64,000 nucleotides of DNA from Camelus dromedarius (GCF_036321535.1 NC_087437.1:98272001-98336000), one strand, 5' to 3'; shown: positions 1-14,736, counted from the stretch's first letter. The notes: generated by a model from the sequence alone, not told the origin. Program-made: numbers and translations.

Positions 1-428
1 TCTTGTTCCCTTGCCTTACACATTCTGATTCCCCTTCCTGGAACAATCCACTTGTCCTTGATCCCTGGGGCCCTGAACTCTGCCTTAGTATTGCTCCTCC
101 TTGACACCTCACCCCCCTCTCCCTCTCTGACTACCAGTGTCCCTTCCACAGCAGTCCCTGCAAGGAGAAACATCAGAGTGACCATCTCACCACATTGTAA
201 TGTTTAGTTAATTTTGCTGCCTCCAACAATAAATTACAATCGAATTGAGAGAGAGCACTCTTATGCAATTCCTTGGGAGGGTCTTTTTCAAAATTACAGA
301 ATGAAAACTGGCAGGAACAGGATTCAGAGTGTACCTTAATGAACAGCGAAGGAGAGCTGAGATTCAACAGGGTATAAGACAGACTGAACATACACAGTCC
401 GCTCAGCTTTGTGGAATAACCCTGAGCA

Positions 429-855
429 CAGACGTTCTCAACTTTGGCTGTGCTTTGACATCACCTAGGAACTACAAAATATCCTTGATGTCTGGGAACC
501 AACCCTAGATGATGGTTTTGGTAAGTCATTTTAGAGTCATTTACTTTTAGAATCAAAGTAAATACTAAACTTTTTTTTTAAAATCTATTCTCAGCCCCAA
601 TTCTAAAAGTATATCTTGCATATTCTTTGTATTGTGTTGACAGAATTTTCTGGTTCTGATTACTTGAGGACATTCTCTTTGTGATAACTCATTGAGCTGT
701 TCACTTTTGATACGTGCCCTTTGCCACGTGGGTGTTTTACTTCAACGCAAAGTTTACTTTAAAAAGGACATTTAAATTAAGTGGACTGAGATAGAGCAGG
801 GTCATTGGGGTTTAAAAATGTTCCCAGGGAATACCTGTAACTATGAGAACTTAAG
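429..855. mobile_element. MER5-like hAT-Charlie fossil interrupted by an old L1 3'-end fragment (about 660-765)
   Basis: cagacgttctcaactttggctg...atcacctagga and ...gggtttaaaaatgttcccagg...tgagaac resemble the MER5 halves; the middle gtgataactcattgagctg...tacttcaa resembles an L1M 3' end. Confidence 0.5.
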
Positions 856-1194
856 AATAAGGGCCATGACACAGGAAGATGCAGTTAAATGCTTCTAGAA
901 ATCACCAATGACATTAAGAATCACAGACTGTCAACTTAAGGACACCTTATTTTCATAATTCTCTTGAAGAATAAGTTACTCTCCCCTCTAAACTGATTGA
1001 GCAATTCTCTAGTATCCTCATGGCAAAATCAAACATCTTGGCCAGCCAACATATTACACTAGCTTCTTCACAAAATGGTCCTATCTTTTTCTTCTTCCTT
1101 ATTAATATTGTGTGTTTTTGACTTATGCAAAACTGCTTGCCATTCCCTACCTAAGTGTGCTGTGCAAATGCTCCCTGTATCTTCCTACGTGTCT

Positions 1195-1530
1195 GATTTT
1201 AGGAATACCTTTCCTCTTAGTCCTCCAAGTAATTCATATTCATACTTCAAGACCCAACTCAGGCTAGTTCTCTGAATGCCTTTCCTAGTCCCACTGGTTT
1301 TATGAAGTGCTTCTGTACTGTGATGCATACAACTTAATTTGCTGGTCAACTGTAGCAGCCAGGACATTGGCTGAAACTAGCTCTCCACCACTGACATTGG
1401 ATTGTTTTAAATTCTGCCAAGGGCAGAAAGCGTGTCATTTTTCTGGACTCACTTTCCGCAGAATCCAACACAGCGTTTGCTATGTAGTAAGTGCTACATG
1501 AATGGCTACTGAATAAATGGATGGAAGGAT
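1195..1530 (+). mobile_element. LINE-2 3' fragment
   Basis: tcatacttcaagacccaactcagg... and terminal cacagcgtttgctatgtagtaagtgct...tgaataaatggatgga. Confidence 0.6.
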
Positions 1531-2554
1531 AGTTTGACGGAGGTAGAAAGATGATCATGTAAATGACTCCCTCCTCTATTTAACGTCTGGAAGGGCTCTC
1601 AGGATACTCGTCACTGAGGAGAAAGCATAATAACTTCCCATTAGACTGATTTCATATTCAGCTTCCAAAGGTTGGAGGCCCAGGAACCTGAGCCAATCAT
1701 AGAAATAAGAGACTCAGGGCCAGGGCAGGTGGCCCCAGGTAAAAGGATTACAATCACGGTTTCTTTGGTTATGTTGGGATTTTCTAGATAAAGAAATAGA
1801 AGCAAAATGTTGTCATATAGTGTTTCCAAACTGTGACCTTTCTAGATGGTGGTTTAGTCCTGAGCCGCATCACTTTCCATTTGTTCTTTCTTCCCCTCAC
1901 ATTGGCCTTGAGTTCTTCTTCTTGAGTCAGAATCAGTATAAATGCATTAGTACCTACTGTCCCAACTTGGGTTCCAGCTGAAAATAAATTTTAAGTTTGT
2001 AGCTTCTTAAAGCTAAAAGAAATTTGGTGGTGGTGGGGGGTGGCATCTCATTCAACCCCTCCATTTTGCAAATCTAGAAGCACTTGGGAGAGATTTGGGG
2101 AATGCAGTCTCTGACAATTATTGGTGTGACTGGGTGGTTCTGTGCCTCATCAGCAAAGGAGGACCAGTCAGGTTGCATCAACAGTAACATGCAAGTCAAC
2201 ATGAGTTCCCTCTTAAGATCTTCTCTATTTCCACAAAGTCCCAGAGAAAGAGCTCACGTATGCTCCGAAACAAGCCAGTTGATGTTCTTTGTCCCTGGGC
2301 CCTTCCATAAGCCCCCTTGCTTCCCAGGCCCCTGCTCTGGGCCCCTCTCTGAGCACAGTCCTCCCTGGGGTGTTCCCATCTTCTGCCAGGCTGCTGCGTG
2401 AGAGTCTTTTTGGAGGCTGGGGGAGTGGTTGAGGGAGTAAGATGAAGGGTGGGAGTGGAGGAAGGAAGGATGTTGAAAAACATTAGAAGGATAAACTCTC
2501 CCCCAGCTTTTGAGCTGCACTTTGCTATTGGTAGGCCAGAGCTCTAGAACCCAA

Positions 2555-2815
2555 TAGTCTAGAATTTGGCTCTAAAATCACATCTAGATTCCAATCTTGT
2601 CCTTGCCGTTACCATTTTTTTGACTTTCAGCAAGATATGAAACCTTTCTGAACCTGAATTTCTATTTTTCCTTCTTTAATGTGACGGAAATAATCATTCC
2701 TTCTTCATAAAATTATTGTGAGGATTAAATGAAATACTATCTTAATAGATCAGGCATTTGGCATAATGCCAGAAGTTGAGAAGCATTCAACAAACGATAT
2801 AGATATTATTATTTT
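2555..2815 (+). mobile_element. MIR SINE
   Basis: MIR core ...aacctttctgaacctgaatttc...ttattgtgaggattaaatgaaata...tattattatt. Confidence 0.7.
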
Positions 2816-4295
2816 CATCTTCATCATTCTTACCACCATCACTTTAGTTATTCATTGAAATAGCTCCTTTGGCTCCTAACGCCTCTTTCAATTGGACCTT
2901 ATTGGTAGTCCCTCAAGTCAGCTGAGGAAAAGCAGTATCTCCCCACCTTCTTTTCCCCCTTGCTCCCCTTCCAGGCACCTGTACACAAAACTGCTTTTTC
3001 TTCCTTTTCTCCTCCCCAAGCAACTGAGTTATCAGTTGGTACAAAGAGTTTCTCACATAGTTAAACTGTCATCCCATTAGAGTGTGGGCTAGGACATCTC
3101 AATTATTTAACAGGAAAGTCAGCTGCACTTCTAAAACAATGAAAGTCTTCATCAAATGCCAGTTTTCACTATAAGAAAGAACAAATCTGTGTTTTGGTGT
3201 TAGAGTCCCCCGAAGCAGCTCTTCCCTTCTATAGAAATAAAGTTCTAGCTTGACCCATGGTTGCCTGGGGACAGTATTGCCCACCTTCCACCATGCTGCT
3301 GAGAACAATACCCTGGCTGTGAGCACAGCAAGGAGATGCAAAGACCCTGAGGCTCCAGGTAAATGTGTGCTTACCCACCCAGTTACTCTGATATGCCTAG
3401 ACTGTTTGAGCCGCGGTGCTTAGATGTCTCTGCTCTTCTTAGAGCTTGATGTACAAAACGATGTAGTGTCTAAACACTGTGAAAAGAACACCTACTCCCA
3501 TGATATTTAGACATCAGTACAAGCCTAAAATACAATGTTTAATTAAAATATTAAAGCTGGTTATATTCCCACAAAGGAGTTGGAGAAGCAAACATCTTCC
3601 CATTCCCAATAAGGAAGCTTTCAAAGTTGATGTTGCAGAGGATTTCAAGGTCTCCGACCCAGCTGCACATTAAACGTCCATGGTCACCCTCTTGTGATTC
3701 ACTGAAGAAGGAAAATGAAATCGAGACAGGGAAGCTATGTGCTTTATATAAATGACTTTTAAGATCAATCACTCTACTTGCCTTCTAACTGCAAATAGAT
3801 ACAGACTAATTCATCCTTCAAGCAAATTAGGGGTCCTCAGATCAAACAAAGAAGCACTATGTTGAAATAATTGGGGAGATTGCCCCAAAATTTTTTAGCT
3901 TCATGGTCTCAATCATGGGGGAAAGATTTTACCAGCTCAGCCTTGGGGCAAGACTGGGCCGCCCCAGCTTAGTTCAGGCATCTAAACCAATTGTGAGGTT
4001 AACCTAGATGGTAGCCCAGACTGATCGCCTTGATTTATATATATATATAAATATATATACACATATATATATGTTTATTATATATTTTATGTTATGTATT
4101 TGAGTATATATTTGACTAAATATAGGTAATTTATGAATCAGTGTCCATGGGCTATTCTCATACTGCCCAGCCTATCCAAAGAATAATTTTAGGGCTCAGA
4201 TTAATCCATTTGAGGAAGCTACAGACTCTTAAAGCTCTCCTCCCTCACTCTATCCAGGCTGGAATGAGATCAACCTTCAAGACTGAGGGCACCAG

Positions 4296-5340
4296 ATATA
4301 TCTGATAAGGAGTGAATATCCAAATTGCATAAAGAAATCATACAACTCATTATCGATAAACAAACAATCTAATTTAAAAATGGGCAGAGGACCTGGATAG
4401 ACATTTCTCCAAAGAAGACATGTATGGATGACTAAGCCAGACACATGAAAAGATGCTCAACATGATCAGGGAAATGTGAATCAAAGCCACAATGAGACAT
4501 CACCTTACCTCTGTAAGAATGGCTGTCATCAAAAAGACAACAAATGACAAGTGTTGGAGAGGATGTGTAGAAAAGGGAACCCTTATGCACTGTTGGTGGG
4601 AATGTAAATTGATGCAGCCACTATGGAAAACAGTATGGAGGTACCTCAAAAAATTAAAAATAGAACTACCATACAATACAGCAATTCTACTTTTGAGTAT
4701 TTACCAGAAGGAAAAAAATACTAATTTGAAAAAATATCTGCACCCCATATTCATTGCAGCATTATTTATTATAACCAAGATATGGAAAAAATATAAATGT
4801 CCATTGATAGATAAGTGGATAAAGAAAAAGCAATATATATGTGTGCACACACACACACACACACACACAGGAATATTATTCAGACATAAAAAAGAGTAAA
4901 ATTATGCAATTTACAACATTAATAGACCTAGAAGGTATTATGCTAAGTGAAACAAGTCAGACAGAGAAAGACAAACACTGTATGATCTCACTTGTATGTA
5001 GAATCTAAAAAACATAACAACCAAATAAACAAAACAACACAGAAACAAACTTATAGATACAGAAAGCAATTGATGGTTGCCAGAGGAGAAGGGGTGGGTG
5101 GTTGGGTGAAATTGGTATAGGGGATTAAGAGATACAAGCTTCCAATTATAAAATAAATCAGGGTGTAACATACAGCATAAAGAATAAAGTCAATAACACT
5201 GTAATAATTTTGTATGGTGACAGATGGTTACTGGATGTGTTGTGGTAATCATTTTGCAATGTATTTCATTGTTGGATCACTATGACGTACACCTGAAACT
5301 AACATAATATTGTACTCAACTATAATTTTTTAAAAAAGAA
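4296..5340 (+). mobile_element. 5'-truncated LINE-1 (L1MA-like): ORF2 C-terminus, 3' UTR and A-tail
   Basis: ORF 4492-4899 encodes the L1 ORF2p cysteine-rich end ([21 protein letters not shown]...LWKTVW); typical 3' UTR ending caactataattttttaaaaaa. Confidence 0.92.
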
Positions 5341-5919
5341 AGTAGTGAAGATACTAGACTCCATGTCACCGGAGATACCATGCTAAGCGGGAGTAGGTCA
5401 CAAAAAAAGACACAGATAGCTCCGTCTGACCTTTTTTTTGTGAGTTTCCAGGCCTCTGAGGGCAAAATTCCTGATTTGATGCCAAATGTTGTCTTACCAG
5501 AAAAAATTAGTAAGTGGAACGATTTGCCCAGAAGCATATATGGTCACCGTGGAGCAGAGAAGAAATGTCCTCACATCATCCAAATCATTATTTAAGCCTA
5601 CCTCTTTTGACTCACGACATTAATGATGAAATTATTAGGAAAAGCTTACCACCTGTGAGTACCATAAATAACCGCTTTTCCATGCATTATTTCTGTCTTT
5701 CTTTTAAGTTTAAATATTTCTCCTGGATTTTCTTAGATCACAGCCTATGTTTGATCATATTGTGAGATATATCCAATTTCCTGTTCCCATTTGTCTCAAA
5801 TGTCTTTCCTTTTTCACCACCACATTGCACTGTCCTCCATCTAAGACCACAGCTTTGGGACAGGTGGTTATGTGATATTGTGACTCATCTAACATCCACT
5901 GAATCAAGGGTAATAACAC

Positions 5920-6140
5920 AGCTCTAACAGTTGTTGCACATTTATGTGTCAGACACCTTCCAGGCATATTGTTTGTTAGCTCATAATGTACAATCTATAT
6001 TAATTACCATAACAACCTTGAGGAAGAGATCATTTTATTATTCCCAATCCACAAATAAGAAAACTGAAGTTAAACAACTCAGCCAACAGCGCATTGCTAA
6101 GAAGTAGCAGGGCCAAAACCCCAAGCCAGGCGATCTAGCG
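5920..6140 (-). mobile_element. MIR SINE
   Basis: cataacaaccttgagg...attattcccaat...aagaaaactgaag...ctaagaagtagcagggcc. Confidence 0.65.
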
Positions 6141-8742
6141 TTGTGATACAAAATCCACCCGTGGTGCTAGTCACACTTAACCAAGACTATTTGGAAAGAA
6201 GTAGTAAAAGTAAGTGAATCGAAAAGTTACAGAATCATAGAATCTGAGGGCCAAAGGGAGCTTCCTTGAGTTCTTCTTACTCAAAACACCAATCCAAGAA
6301 TTTAACTGTTTGTTCATTAAAAACAGACAACCAGGGGAAAGAGACTGGGATATCGCAAAGGAAATAGCCCAAACACTCCCAAAAAGAAGAAGATTAAGGC
6401 CTTGGGGAATAAAAAGCAGGCTTCTGAAGGAGAAACCCAGCGTGGCCGGATGGCAGCCTCACCGGCAGGTAAACCGCTGGATGTGACATCACAGGCAGGC
6501 AGCAGGGAATGATAATAACGGTAGAGAAACACTAGCGCAGAGAGGGTTTTGTTTGGTTCTCTGGCAACACTTGACTCTGGGAAATGATGGGGAAATTCTA
6601 ATTTCTGAGAACGCTTTTCACAAGAAAAACAGAGATTAGAGTTTCCAATGAAGAAGACATGCTGCAATCGAAGAAAGCAAAGTGCAATAAAGCGCTCAGG
6701 CCAGACGGCGTTTATCTGAGTGTTCTGGAGGAAATAAGGTGGGAAGCAGCAGAGACGGATGGGGACATACACTCTGTCTGTAAAAATAGCAACTGTTCTT
6801 GAAGATTGTCTGGTTTCTAACACAGTGTCTATTAAAAAAAAAAAAAAAATAAGGAACCAAGAGAGATCCCAGGAATTCAGACAGGTGAACTTTGTCTTGG
6901 TATTAGGAGACAGTTGGGGGGAAAAGAAAAAAATCTGAGGACAGTACCAAATAAAATCTGGGCACTGAAGTTTTGATCAGCTCCCATCAACTCTGCAGTA
7001 ATGGGATTTCCACGTCTCCAACCTTAAACTTGATAATGACTAGTTAGTTAGAGAAACTTCCTGCACTTGCCTTTTCAAAAGGCTTGAGAATGAAGAAACA
7101 GATGCTTGCTTGGATCTAAAGAAATTATAACTATTTATAGTGTATGTAGAATAATGGTCAAAGAAAAGAGATTAGCTGCTGTGTGCCTGGAATCTGGTAT
7201 TGAGATGAAAATACCATTTCACATTCACTTTTGAAAGTAATGAGGGGGTCTATGTGAGCCACAAGCAATGGACTGTCCCATGACTAATGCTGTATGGGGC
7301 AAGCAATGAAAAAATAAAAAAGGTAATCACATGCTTGTAGGATCATCATCACTACCATTTATTGAGTGCTCACTCTGTGGCCGGCACACGCTTAGCGTCT
7401 GACATCCATGATCTCAATTATTCTTAGTCTGTGAGTGATGGCATAACCTACTTAGAAATATCTGCTATTTCAGAAAGAAAAATGCCCTAAGGGGTAGGAC
7501 AGGGGATCAGCCATGGTCAGAGTTCAGATGAGTTCCAAGCAAAGCTCATCTAAAAGGTTCTGAACAAAACGTGGTCTCCATTGAGAACTCAGTGAGGCCA
7601 AGAGAACTCTGCCCCTCCATCCCCGGGTCGGCCAGAAGCTCTTATCTTCTAAAATTCCAGAGTCAGTCTGACATCGGTTCCAAACTCCACCCGAATCATC
7701 AGCCCCAAGACTGGAGAGTTCTCACTGGGATTTTGTTTTTTGTTTTTTGTTTTTTATTTTATTTCCTGGTCCTTAAACCCACTTCCTTACCTAACTTCTG
7801 TCCTTCGCTAATTATAACTGTTTTGCGTTTGTTTCCTGATTCCTCTGGCTCAGTCTCTTCCCGTGGCCTTCATCTGTGTCGCCCATCTGGGATTTTAGAC
7901 CCACGTAGGTCTAATGCCTTGTCTCAAGCTTTGTCTGGAACTCTCCCAGGCCTTGGTCCACAACCTCCTGCCACCCACCTCAGGGCTGACAGACAGCACA
8001 ACCTGGAGCCCATAAAGATTAGAGCTGGTCAACTGGCCAACAACCCTTCTCAAAGAAAACCCTTAGTTCAGGGTTCTTCACATGATGCTCAAAGTACTTT
8101 CTGTTCCATAAAGGCTTGTTGACTGAATTTACAGCCTGTGCTGTAACATGAACTGCAGACCGAAGTCCAAATTACAACACATGACGTCGATGGCAAGAAA
8201 GAGTGAGAAAAATAAAACAACCTTGGACAGACGCCAGATGACATGGGACCCATGAAAAACTCCAGAGAGAGAAAAATGCACTAAACAGAAATAGCAGTGC
8301 ATACACCACAGCCTTGCTCTCTGATCCTTCGTGAACTCTGGCTGCTCTCCTTCGCAAAATTATAAGCCTGTCGAGAGCAGAGGCAGTGAAGTGTCAAGCG
8401 CAGGGCCCCTACTTCCCTATCACTCCTGCTGCTCAGGAACTTGCAGGAACTGGACTTCCATGTTAGCCCTCCTCAAGGCCGAGCACTGACAGTAGTCTTG
8501 AGTACCAAAAAGCCCCAGTGAACGAAGTATGAAGATTTGTCACGCTTGCACCACATCGGGACAAGTTATTTGGAAAACCATCTTTCCGCATTTTGCATCT
8601 TATGGGTAAATTATTCTATTCGGAATCTCTCTTCCTCACTGCTCGAGTCTGTTTCTCTCCCAGTCTAGGGCTGTCTCTGGCTCTTCCAAGAGCTTACTTT
8701 TCCTCTTGGTTTCTCTAAGCAATAGCTCTCCCAAATGCCCGG

Positions 8743-9080
8743 TGTGATTGTTAGTTTTATGTGTCAACTTACCTTGTCACTCAAACACTAACCTAGGTAT
8801 TGCTGTGTAGGTTATTTTGCAGATGTAGTTAACACCTAGGATCAGCCGGCTTTAAGTAAAGGTTATCCTCAACAATGGGGCTGGGCTGCATTCGATCAAT
8901 TGAAAGGCCTTAAGGGTAAAACTAAGGTCTCCCAAAGGAAGAAGAAATCCTGTCTCAAGACTGCCAAGATCAGCTGCTGCCCAAGAGTTTCTAGCCTGCC
9001 AGCCCGCCCTCCCCTACAGATTTTGAATTTATCAGCCTCTACAATTGCAAAAGCCAATTACTGAAATAAATCTCTTTATA
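8743..9080 (+). mobile_element. MLT2 (ERVL) solo LTR
   Basis: Starts tgtgattgttagttttatgtgtcaactt; includes caattgaaaggccttaag, gaagaagaaatcctgtctcaagactgc and gaaataaatctct. Confidence 0.85.
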
Positions 9081-9149
9081 AATAAAATCTTGTATATACA
9101 TATAAAATGTTTATATCTAAGTATACATGTATAAGTTCCCTCACTTGTA

Positions 9150-9690
9150 AATTATTAGGGTTTCAGCAGCAAAAATAATTCATCCACAACATTTCAAATG
9201 AATAGACTTTAAGGCAGGAACCATGAAGTAGAAGTGTGAGCAGGGTTAAGGAAATAAAGAAGGGAAGATTAGGCACCAGAGACTAGTGACAGAAGGAAGC
9301 AGTTACCTGTAAACTGCCCCACTGCCATCCCTGCCTCCCCACCGGCCCCAACCCGAGGCTGAAAGGGTGATGGGAAGAGGCAACGGGCTTTGGCACAGCC
9401 CAGGGAAAGCTGGAGCCTTGAGCTGAGCCTCCTCACAGCCTCCCTGCAGCAGGGAAGGACACAGCATGAGGCAGGGAGGGAGCCGAGAAGAGAGCTCTGA
9501 CCTCTCTCTCTCCTCTTGTTCCCTAACCTCCTGGCCAGTGAGTCAGCCTTCAGCTGGTAGAATCCAGACAGAAGCCAGCCAGGAAGGGAGTCTGAGAGAA
9601 GCTGTTAGAAAACTCAGACTCCCAGGGCGCAGACGATGCAAAGGGGGAGAAAAGGTTTGGGGTGGGGAGGGAGCCCAGCAGAAAATATCC
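9150..9690 (-). mobile_element. Old ERVL LTR, LTR33-like
   Basis: agcagggttaaggaaa...ggaagcagttacc...ctctctcctc...ctcctggccagtg...cagaagccagccaggaaggga resemble the LTR33 family. Confidence 0.45.
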
Positions 9691-10319
9691 ATCATAGCCT
9701 GGTTCTCCTAAGACTCAAACTACAAGCTCATACCAGCTTCCAGCTTTCATAAAAGACTTTTTTTAATTTAACTTCTTACCTGTTAATCTACTATATCCAA
9801 TTAATCTCTATTTTTTTCTTATTCAATCCTATTATTTTCCCTGGCCCCAAGTCTTACTTTTTTTTATTATTCAGTTACATTCGCAATAACTCGCAAGTTA
9901 ATTGCCCTCCCTACAATATTTACCTTTTTTATCAAGCCCTCCCTGAACCCTCAAACTCAATTTTAACCAATTAATAAAAATATACATATCCATTTACAGG
10001 GAAAACATAGACAAAGATATTTTATAAAAGAATCTATATATGTATAGTAGGCTTGGGCTAAATATTTTATACCCATCAGATTATAATCTACCAATTTGGA
10101 CCATATAAAGTATGTATTCCAAAATATGTGTTTCATAGAATAATTTTCTTTTTAAGTATTTACTTTCATAAAATACAAAAAAGTAGACTTTTCATGTCTC
10201 ATTTATTATGGTCAAAGAGAAAAAAAGGGCCTATTATTTATGTATAGGCAAGGAATTAACTATAGTGGACACATATGGGGTCATCTGTCCAGCCTTCTCA
10301 TGTGGGAATTGTCCATCTT

Positions 10320-10825
10320 CCTCACCCCATTTATGAGGTTACCATAGACTGTTCTGGGGCAACAGTGGATTGGCCCAGCAGTAAACATGAGGCTCAAGAT
10401 GGCCTCATCATTATCCCTACCCCAGACCTCATCCTCCAAGCCAAGCTTATAAATCCCAGCTGGGTACCTGATACAAATGGGAAATTGGAATCCATCCTTG
10501 AGAATATTTCATCTAGAACTGACAGTCATTTTTGGGGTACCTGAACTATAATGTCTAAAACTAAGAGGCCAACCATCAGTAACCACATTTCCAATCATGT
10601 GGAACAGAAAAGGGAGGCAATAAGAGACAGAGGGAAAAAAAAGAAAGCATAACCCAGAAAACAAAAAGGGAAGAGCCATACAGAGTCTTAATGGTGCTCA
10701 GATCTCTCCCTCCAGTTCTCCATCAAGTCCAGCTACATCTCTACCCTTGGGTCTTGTAAATCTCCTACTTTGTTTAAAATAATCTTAGTTGAATTCTGTC
10801 ACTTGGAAGCCAAAGAGTCCGGATG
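10320..10825 (+). mobile_element. Old MaLR LTR (MLT1J/K/L-like)
   Basis: gattggcccagcagtaaacatgag... and 3' end ttagttgaattctgtcacttggaagccaaagagtcc. Confidence 0.55.
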
Positions 10826-11579
10826 AAAAACATTCCCATCATTTAAACTCATGGAAGGGAAGGCTGAGCCTCAGAGAGATCAAGGGACTTGTCAGGAGCA
10901 TGTGGAAAGTAACTTATGAAAGAAAATTTCAAACCACACTTACTAATTTCTTGCCAATGAATCTGATAGACTAACATTCTATTTCTATCTACTATGTTGT
11001 CTTCAGTGGCAGGAAAATTGAAACCCATCTTTCCCATCAGGATTTACACTGGAAACAACAAATCTTAAATGATTCTAAAGCATGGTATCCTAGGTGGAAC
11101 AAGAATACAGTTATATTGAATCCTCATCTTAAAAGCTGAGTCATATTTCTCCTAGGATGCTTTGAAATGGACTGAAATCCAAAAAGAAAATCAGTTACCT
11201 AGGCAAACATGACACGGTCAGCCCGATCCCTGAATACCTACTGTGATTGTTTCAGATGCTCATGGCCACCGTAGGGAAAGAAAGGATGTCTATCAATTCT
11301 AGTTTCCATTTCTCATCCTAATTTTATGCAATCTCTAAAATGTCAATATCTGCCCTGTTTAAAGGAAACATACATCTATCAAATAAAGAAATATATGAAT
11401 TGTGAAAGGGTCTAACTCATCTGTCCCATTTTTAGCACCTATTGGGGAAGGACCAAAGGACAAAGTATGTAGCTCCATGGCCATAGGTGAGTCACGTTTA
11501 CAAATGAATTACAGATAGTACAGAATAACTATGGTTCCTAAGAAGGGACTGCCAAAACGGAGAGCTTCTTCATGTATAG

Positions 11580-11839
11580 AGTGGTACAGCCTTGTGCTTA
11601 GGAAGTTGAGTTTGGGAGCCATATTACCAGGTTCTCAACCTCCAATCTGCCACTTATTATCCATGTGACCTTGGGCAAATCACTTACTTCTGTGCCTCAG
11701 ATTCTTGATCTGTAAGACAGGAATAAAAACCGGGCTCCCTCAAATTGTAGTTATGAACAGTAAATGAATTAATAGATTTTACGCACTTGGAACAAAGCCT
11801 GCCAGATAGTAAGCACTCAATAGATGTTAGCTTATTATT
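11580..11839 (+). mobile_element. MIR SINE, near full length
   Basis: ctgccactta...tgtgaccttgggcaaatcactt...ctgtgcctcag...agtaagcactcaatagatgttagcttattatt. Confidence 0.85.
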
Positions 11840-11877
11840 CAGAGTCATGGATCACTTAGTTTTGTAGCTTCAAATAA

Positions 11878-11880
<3 letters not shown>

Positions 11881-11918
<38 letters not shown>
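11881..11918. repeat. (AC)19 microsatellite
   Basis: Perfect dinucleotide run. Confidence 0.98.
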
Positions 11919-11922
<4 letters not shown>

Positions 11923-14299
11923 CCCTGTTGGTTACTTAAATAAAAAAGAAAACATATATTAACAGAGTAAATTTTAATTAAAGCAACTAATGGCATGGTA
12001 TAGATCAGTTGGGAGAACGAGTTTACTTCACAGATTATTTCTAATATCATTGCTCATAAAACAGTAGGACTTCATTAGATACATACATTCAAAGGGAACA
12101 TTAAAAATATATAATGTATAACCACACAGTTTGTTTAACACTGCTTTTGAAAATTATGATTATTCAAGGTGATTGTTAGTTTAAGCGAACTGTGTGAATG
12201 ATTTTCTCAAGGAAATCAATAACCTTGTTTGTTCAGTCCCTTGAGATCACTGGGTCATAGCAGCGACCAGTATTCAGGCGCTTGGGAACTGTTCAGGGAA
12301 AAGGCAGCAGATTTGAAGTATCCTCAAGTATGAGAAGGGCATGCAGAGACAATTAATCATAAACAAGTCATTAAAATTAAAAATGTATTCTTAAATAGTT
12401 TCTTGATTAAGAACAAATGCCTCATTAATCTGGAACATATTGACTTGAGAACACAAGAAAAGTCAAAGAGAGTAATGACTGACATGACATGGAACACAAC
12501 ATGCTGTGTGTTCCCATCTCAAAAGCTTTAGAAGAACAGACTCCACAAAAGGTCACTAGATACAGTGAATTGAACAGGAAACCCAGAGTCACCCAATGAT
12601 GTAAAGGTAAACTTTTAAAAATCTAGATAACAGAGAACACTGTGTACCGGCATCACTGAAACTTTTCCATCTATAGATTCTGAGGGCATTCCATTTATTT
12701 CAGAATGAAAATAAGGCTTAACCCAAGATATAAAAGATAAAAATTATATATATATATATACATATAAATAATAAATCTAATTTTAAAGAAACTTAGTTGG
12801 CCCTTTCCCCTACCCCCCTCTCAAGCATTAGTTAAATACGTGAATAGAAGTTAAAAGCTAAAAACCAACACAAATAGCTTTGAAGATAATTCTAACAACA
12901 TAATTGGCTGTAGATTTTCTTTGGACCTTACTAAAGTTGCAATTCTTAAAGGAGCTTAGGAAACAAAATAATAGATGCCCATCAATATGAGAAGGGCATA
13001 AAAAAATCACATACATAAGTTTAAGAAAACAGATCAGACATTAAACATCCATATGAGATTGACTATGCAGTTTTTTAAAGACTACATCTTTTTCAGAAAC
13101 AGTCACTAAAATATATCATATATTCTTCTGAAAAACTTCAGAATTTCATCTTCTAGTCCACGAAGAAAGGCACTTTTTCCAATCTCAGTCATTAATATAT
13201 TCCCAAAACAGTGCTTAGCACATAATTAATGTTCCATATATATTTGATGAATAAAGAATTTCAGCAGGGGCTGAAACAAAAACTTGGATATGTATGTTGT
13301 GATTCATAATTTAATCATCAGCCTTAGGACCTTACACTCTGCAGTTGACCCCTTACCCACACATTCCACACCTTCCCTGGACCCAGCATGACTTCCAGGG
13401 AGATGTCTTCTTTTAATGAAGACAAAATATCAGGAAGGGTTGCAGCAGTTTTAAATGAATATTATGTGCAAAAGATTTCCTAAATGCCATTTTCTATAGT
13501 ATGGTACAAAAAGAAACAACTATGATAATTTTTCCAAGCCCAGAATAAATTCTTCTGAAGTCAATCAAAATTTGACATGATTTTCAGGGTCAGATTCCAG
13601 ATAGGATACTATAATATCCTTACCTAGAGCATATACTTCATTTTAGATTTCAAAACAAGGGAACAACAATATTTTTCTAGGAAGATGAAACAGTGACACG
13701 AAGAGAAGGAAGAGGCTTCCCACACTAAGTAATTAAATCGGATTATTTTTAGCAATATTTAAACTCTATCTTTCCCAAGTGTTTAATCTTCAAAGCAGAA
13801 TGGGTAAAGAGCCAGCCCGTGAACGTTTCCTGTTCATTGAGTGTACACCCATCTTGGGCTGGAATGCAAATTATGATAGCCCATGCTCATGAGAAGCAAA
13901 CACTCCAGTTACAGATACACGTCTAGTAATCAAGAATAATTATACACTGCCTTATATTCTCTTAAGTATTAAATTGTGTAGAGCAAATTCTAAATGGCCT
14001 AGAGGTAAGAGGTAATTTCAGCACCAAGCCCAGTGCCCTGCACATATTAGACATGCAATAAATACTTGATAGGTCACTGAAAGCTTGAACGAATGAGTGA
14101 ATCAATGCATGCTTTTAGAAATGAATCCTGTTTAGAATCCTGGAAGATGATTCTACACTTGGAAATAGCAACACTTGATATTTCCACAAATGACATTTCA
14201 ATTTTTCCTACCTCTCCATCTTCAAGCACATGATAGAAACTGTATCAACCTTGTATAGAAAAGATGCAAAGATAGAAAATCCGATTGATCTCTTCATGA

Positions 14300-14736
14300 C
14301 ATTGGTGGTCTTGGAGGCTCCTAATGCAGTGACTCAGTGGCCTGGCCAGTCGGATTCTCCGTGTTCGGAATTCATTCTAAGCGACGCAGAGGGTTGTGAT
14401 CAGTGAACTGTTTGCATTGAACCTGAGGCCATGCAAGATCAAGGCCAGGGCAGCCGTCTGAGACCCTGTGGAAAAATAAGCAAAAGAAGTCAGTTGAGAT
14501 GAGAGAGAATTAGAATAAAAGCAGATTAAAAAGCAAAGTCCAGAAAAACAAGGACCTTGAAAGAGAGACCTTCCTTGAGAGGGGAAGCATCTATTTTGAG
14601 AGAAGCGCTGACTCTGTTCTGTGGCTTCAGGGTTCAGGTTTATCTGGATTCCAGGGACACCTCTCTCCCTTCTTTGAATTAAACTACTTTGGGTCAGTTT
14701 CTATACCTTACGACTAAAGGAGCCTAATTTAAACAC
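14300..14736 (+). mobile_element. Old MaLR LTR (MLT1K/L-like)
   Basis: gtgactcagtggcctggccagtcggattctc... and 3' end aaactactttgggtcagtttctataccttacgactaaaggagcctaatttaaaca. Confidence 0.5.

Noticed and set aside
4492..4899. 135-aa ORF
   Set aside because: Remnant of L1 ORF2 running into a (CA)n tract; not a host gene.
6317..8122. 168-aa (-) and 183-aa (+) ORFs
   Set aside because: Non-ATG starts, biased composition and no recognisable homology; consistent with chance ORFs.
9643..9672. G-quadruplex-like G-run cluster
   Set aside because: One long loop, inside an old LTR, with no functional context.
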